A DNA stretch of 64,000 nucleotides from an uncultured cyanobacterium (GTDB lineage: Bacteria; Cyanobacteriota; Cyanobacteriia; Cyanobacteriales; CAWUOF01), in NCBI GenBank assembly GCA_963744145.1, contig CAVUSO010000001.1:352001-416000 (forward strand), given 5' to 3'. Shown piece by piece: positions 62,049-64,000 of this stretch (the stretch's first letter is position 1; each line of letters opens with the position of its first letter). The position numbers and the translations under genes were made by a program. The notes under the pieces are model-generated. The model did not search any database, had not been told where the DNA came from, and saw only the letters and a list, made by a program, of their open reading frames with translations.

Positions 62049-63199
62049 ATACCAATTCTCTAAATACCGACTACAGATAGTGCCTCTAATATATAGGCTC
62101 GTCCCGTAATTGAGGCAATTACTTTTGAATTCATCTTTTCTAGTTCTTTACTAATTAAAAGTCTTAATTCATCTAAGTTTCTTGGTAATTCCCATCTCAA
62201 TCCCTTTTTGAGATACTGCCATACCTGTTCGATTGGATTTGATTCAGGACAATGGGATGGTTGAAACATTAAAATAACGTTTTTAGGAATTACCAACTTT
62301 TTAGCTTTATGAAAACCACCATTGTCTAACTGAATGATCAAAATACTATCCGAAAAATGCGCGGCTACTAAGTCTAAAAATATCTGAAAGCATTGACTAT
62401 TGAGATGAGTAAACTCGTAAAAGAAATGTTCCCCTGTCTTTGGCTCTACTACGCCATAAATATAAGTCGCTTGAAATTTCCACTGCACTTTACCAATTGG
62501 TTTTACCCCACGAATGGTAATTTTTCTCCCACTAATCGTTTTCATGCCGATCCGCGTTTCATCTTGACATAAAAATCTGACTTTATCTCCTAAACTCATT
62601 ACTGTTATGGCAAACCAACTCAGCATAGCTAGGTCCTCTGCCAAGTGATTTCTAAAATTATCTAACTTTTTTTTTGACTGTTCTGTACTTTTCGGCCTGG
62701 CGATTTTTGGTGAGGCTTTTAGTTTATAATGCACTAATTGATGAACGGTTTTATATTTAGCTTCTATCCCAAGGGTGGATGATAGCCATTGACAAATTTC
62801 CCCATAACTATTAAATCCTTCCTCTTCATTTAGTCGTTTTTCTAAACTTTTTACCGCCCAGTCAGGAATTTTTCTCGGTCGGTCCTGTACCCACTTTTTT
62901 CCCCAGATATTTGGCCAATCCTCCTTGACGGTATTTGGCTAACCAATCTTGAACGGTAACTCGATTTCTGCCCAAGATTTCAGCAACTTCTGTGACTGTT
63001 TTAGCTTTGTTTATCTTGAGTAGATATAATGCTTGTAATCGTTCTTTTCCTGGACCAGTTTTTTCCACTGCGAGCAATTTCTTCAGCTCGGCTTCACTTT
63101 CCTTAATGTCTAGGTGATAAACTCCTGCCATATTTTTCCTTCAACTCTACTCAAATTATACTCTACACTATCTGTAGTCAAAGTTGCAAGAATTGGTAT
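62049..63199 (-). mobile_element. IS630-family insertion sequence
   Basis: Terminal inverted repeats ATACCAATTCT / AGAATTGGTAT enclosing an HTH + DDE transposase. Confidence 0.88.
62060..63131 (-). pseudogene. IS630 transposase, frameshifted by an extra C near 62882
   Basis: QDETRIG, LDNGGFH and SNPIEQVW catalytic motifs; removing one C restores GTGRPRKIPDWAVKSLEKRL...YKTVHQLVHYKLK as a single ORF. Confidence 0.85.
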
Positions 63200-63214
63200 A
63201 AAGAGGTAAGGGTC

Positions 63215-63799
63215 ATGGCTACAGCAACAAAAGAGAAAACCCAATCGAGAAAAGCATTTACAGTAGAGGAGTTTTATCGACTGGGTGAAATTGGAATACT
63301 CAAAGCAGATGAGCGAGTAGAGTTAATCGAAGGGGATATTATCGAAATGGCTGCGATCGGGACTCGTCATGCAGGTTGTGTTAATTCTTTAATAGAGGTT
63401 TTTGCCGAACTAATTTTCAAAAAATCTGCTTTGTTGCTAGTCCAAAATCCGATTCAGTTAAGTAATTATTCACAGCCTCAACCAGATATCGCAGTAGTTA
63501 GACGAGATCCTCTTTTCCGTGGAACCAAACACCCCCAACCCCAAGAGATATTTCTAGTTATTGAAGTTTCCGATACTACCCTAAAAGACGATCAAAAAAA
63601 AGCATTAATTTATGCTAAATCTGGTATCTCCGAATATTGGATCGTGAATTTAGATGCTCAATTAATCGAAGTTTATCGTCATCCTACTGTTGATGGTTAT
63701 CGCGATCGCCTATTATTCAAATCGGCGGAAACTATTTCACCTTTAGCTTTTCCTGATTTAGTTATTGCGGTTGATGATATTTTGCCTAAAATCCTTTAA
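63215..63799 (+). CDS. Uma2 (DUF820) family protein
   Basis: RVELIEGDIIEM, QPQPDIAV, IEVSDTT and YAKSGISEYWIVNL motifs. Confidence 0.93.
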   Translation: MATATKEKTQSRKAFTVEEFYRLGEIGILKADERVELIEGDIIEMAAIGTRHAGCVNSLIEVFAELIFKKSALLLVQNPIQLSNYSQPQPDIAVVRRDPLFRGTKHPQPQEIFLVIEVSDTTLKDDQKKALIYAKSGISEYWIVNLDAQLIEVYRHPTVDGYRDRLLFKSAETISPLAFPDLVIAVDDILPKIL

Positions 63800-63895
63800 T
63801 CGCGATCGCCATCAGTTAATTTTAATCCCTAGACTATTGAGCCTGGAAATCTTCTCGTTATACAGTCTATTCCAGGTTTATGAAGTTCATCAAGG

Positions 63896-63968
63896 TGATC
63901 TGTGGGGCAGGGCGGGTTCATTAAGGTTATTTGTGTGTGGCAAATTCAACGGTGAACCCGCCCCTACA
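63896..63968. repeat. REP-like stem-loop related to one arm of the 25452-25700 element
   Basis: GATCTGTGGGGCAGGGCGGGTTCA...GGTGAACCCGCCCCTACA. Confidence 0.7.
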
Positions 63969-64000
63969 GAGATTCACCAAAAAATCGATCAGGATTAGAG

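Noticed and set aside
62735-62885. Programmed ribosomal frameshift in IS630
   Set aside because: The break maps to an extra C in the GRP codons; the downstream region where IS630 slippery A-runs usually lie is in frame

Overview
AT-rich cyanobacterial chromosome segment; the HIP1 octamer GCGATCGC is frequent throughout. About half of the window is a cell-envelope gene complex. A leftward operon (2x DUF928, CHASE2 histidine kinase, signal-peptide TPR-CHAT protease) is divergent from five tandem, mosaic filamentous-haemagglutinin (TpsA-like) paralogs. Further on are three tandem FHA-CHAT fusion genes, each with a different low-complexity linker, one of them a very long Q/N-rich pentapeptide repeat. 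The rest holds core genes (comF, rnz, ribBA, argC, ldpA, ycf45-like AAA/R3H, ABC-F), five Uma2 nucleases, a toxin-inactivated PIN TA pair, an orphan CorA-like protein, a GC-richer aldehyde/redox island, an IS630, MITEs and REP-like palindromes. Two structures missing from the ORF track stand out. (1) A GUN4-domain gene (26552-27026) has a 52-nt adenine-free, G/T-rich segment after the GHLP motif, followed by a tail that gives a plausible C-terminus and a stop in all three frames; this is a candidate indel-tolerant hypervariable locus. (2) A protein-less IscB-type mini-element carrying a HEARO/omega-RNA-like scaffold sits directly before the AraC start codon (50267-50592). Four isolated 1-nt indels may be assembly errors. 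All family calls come from motif recognition, not database searches.
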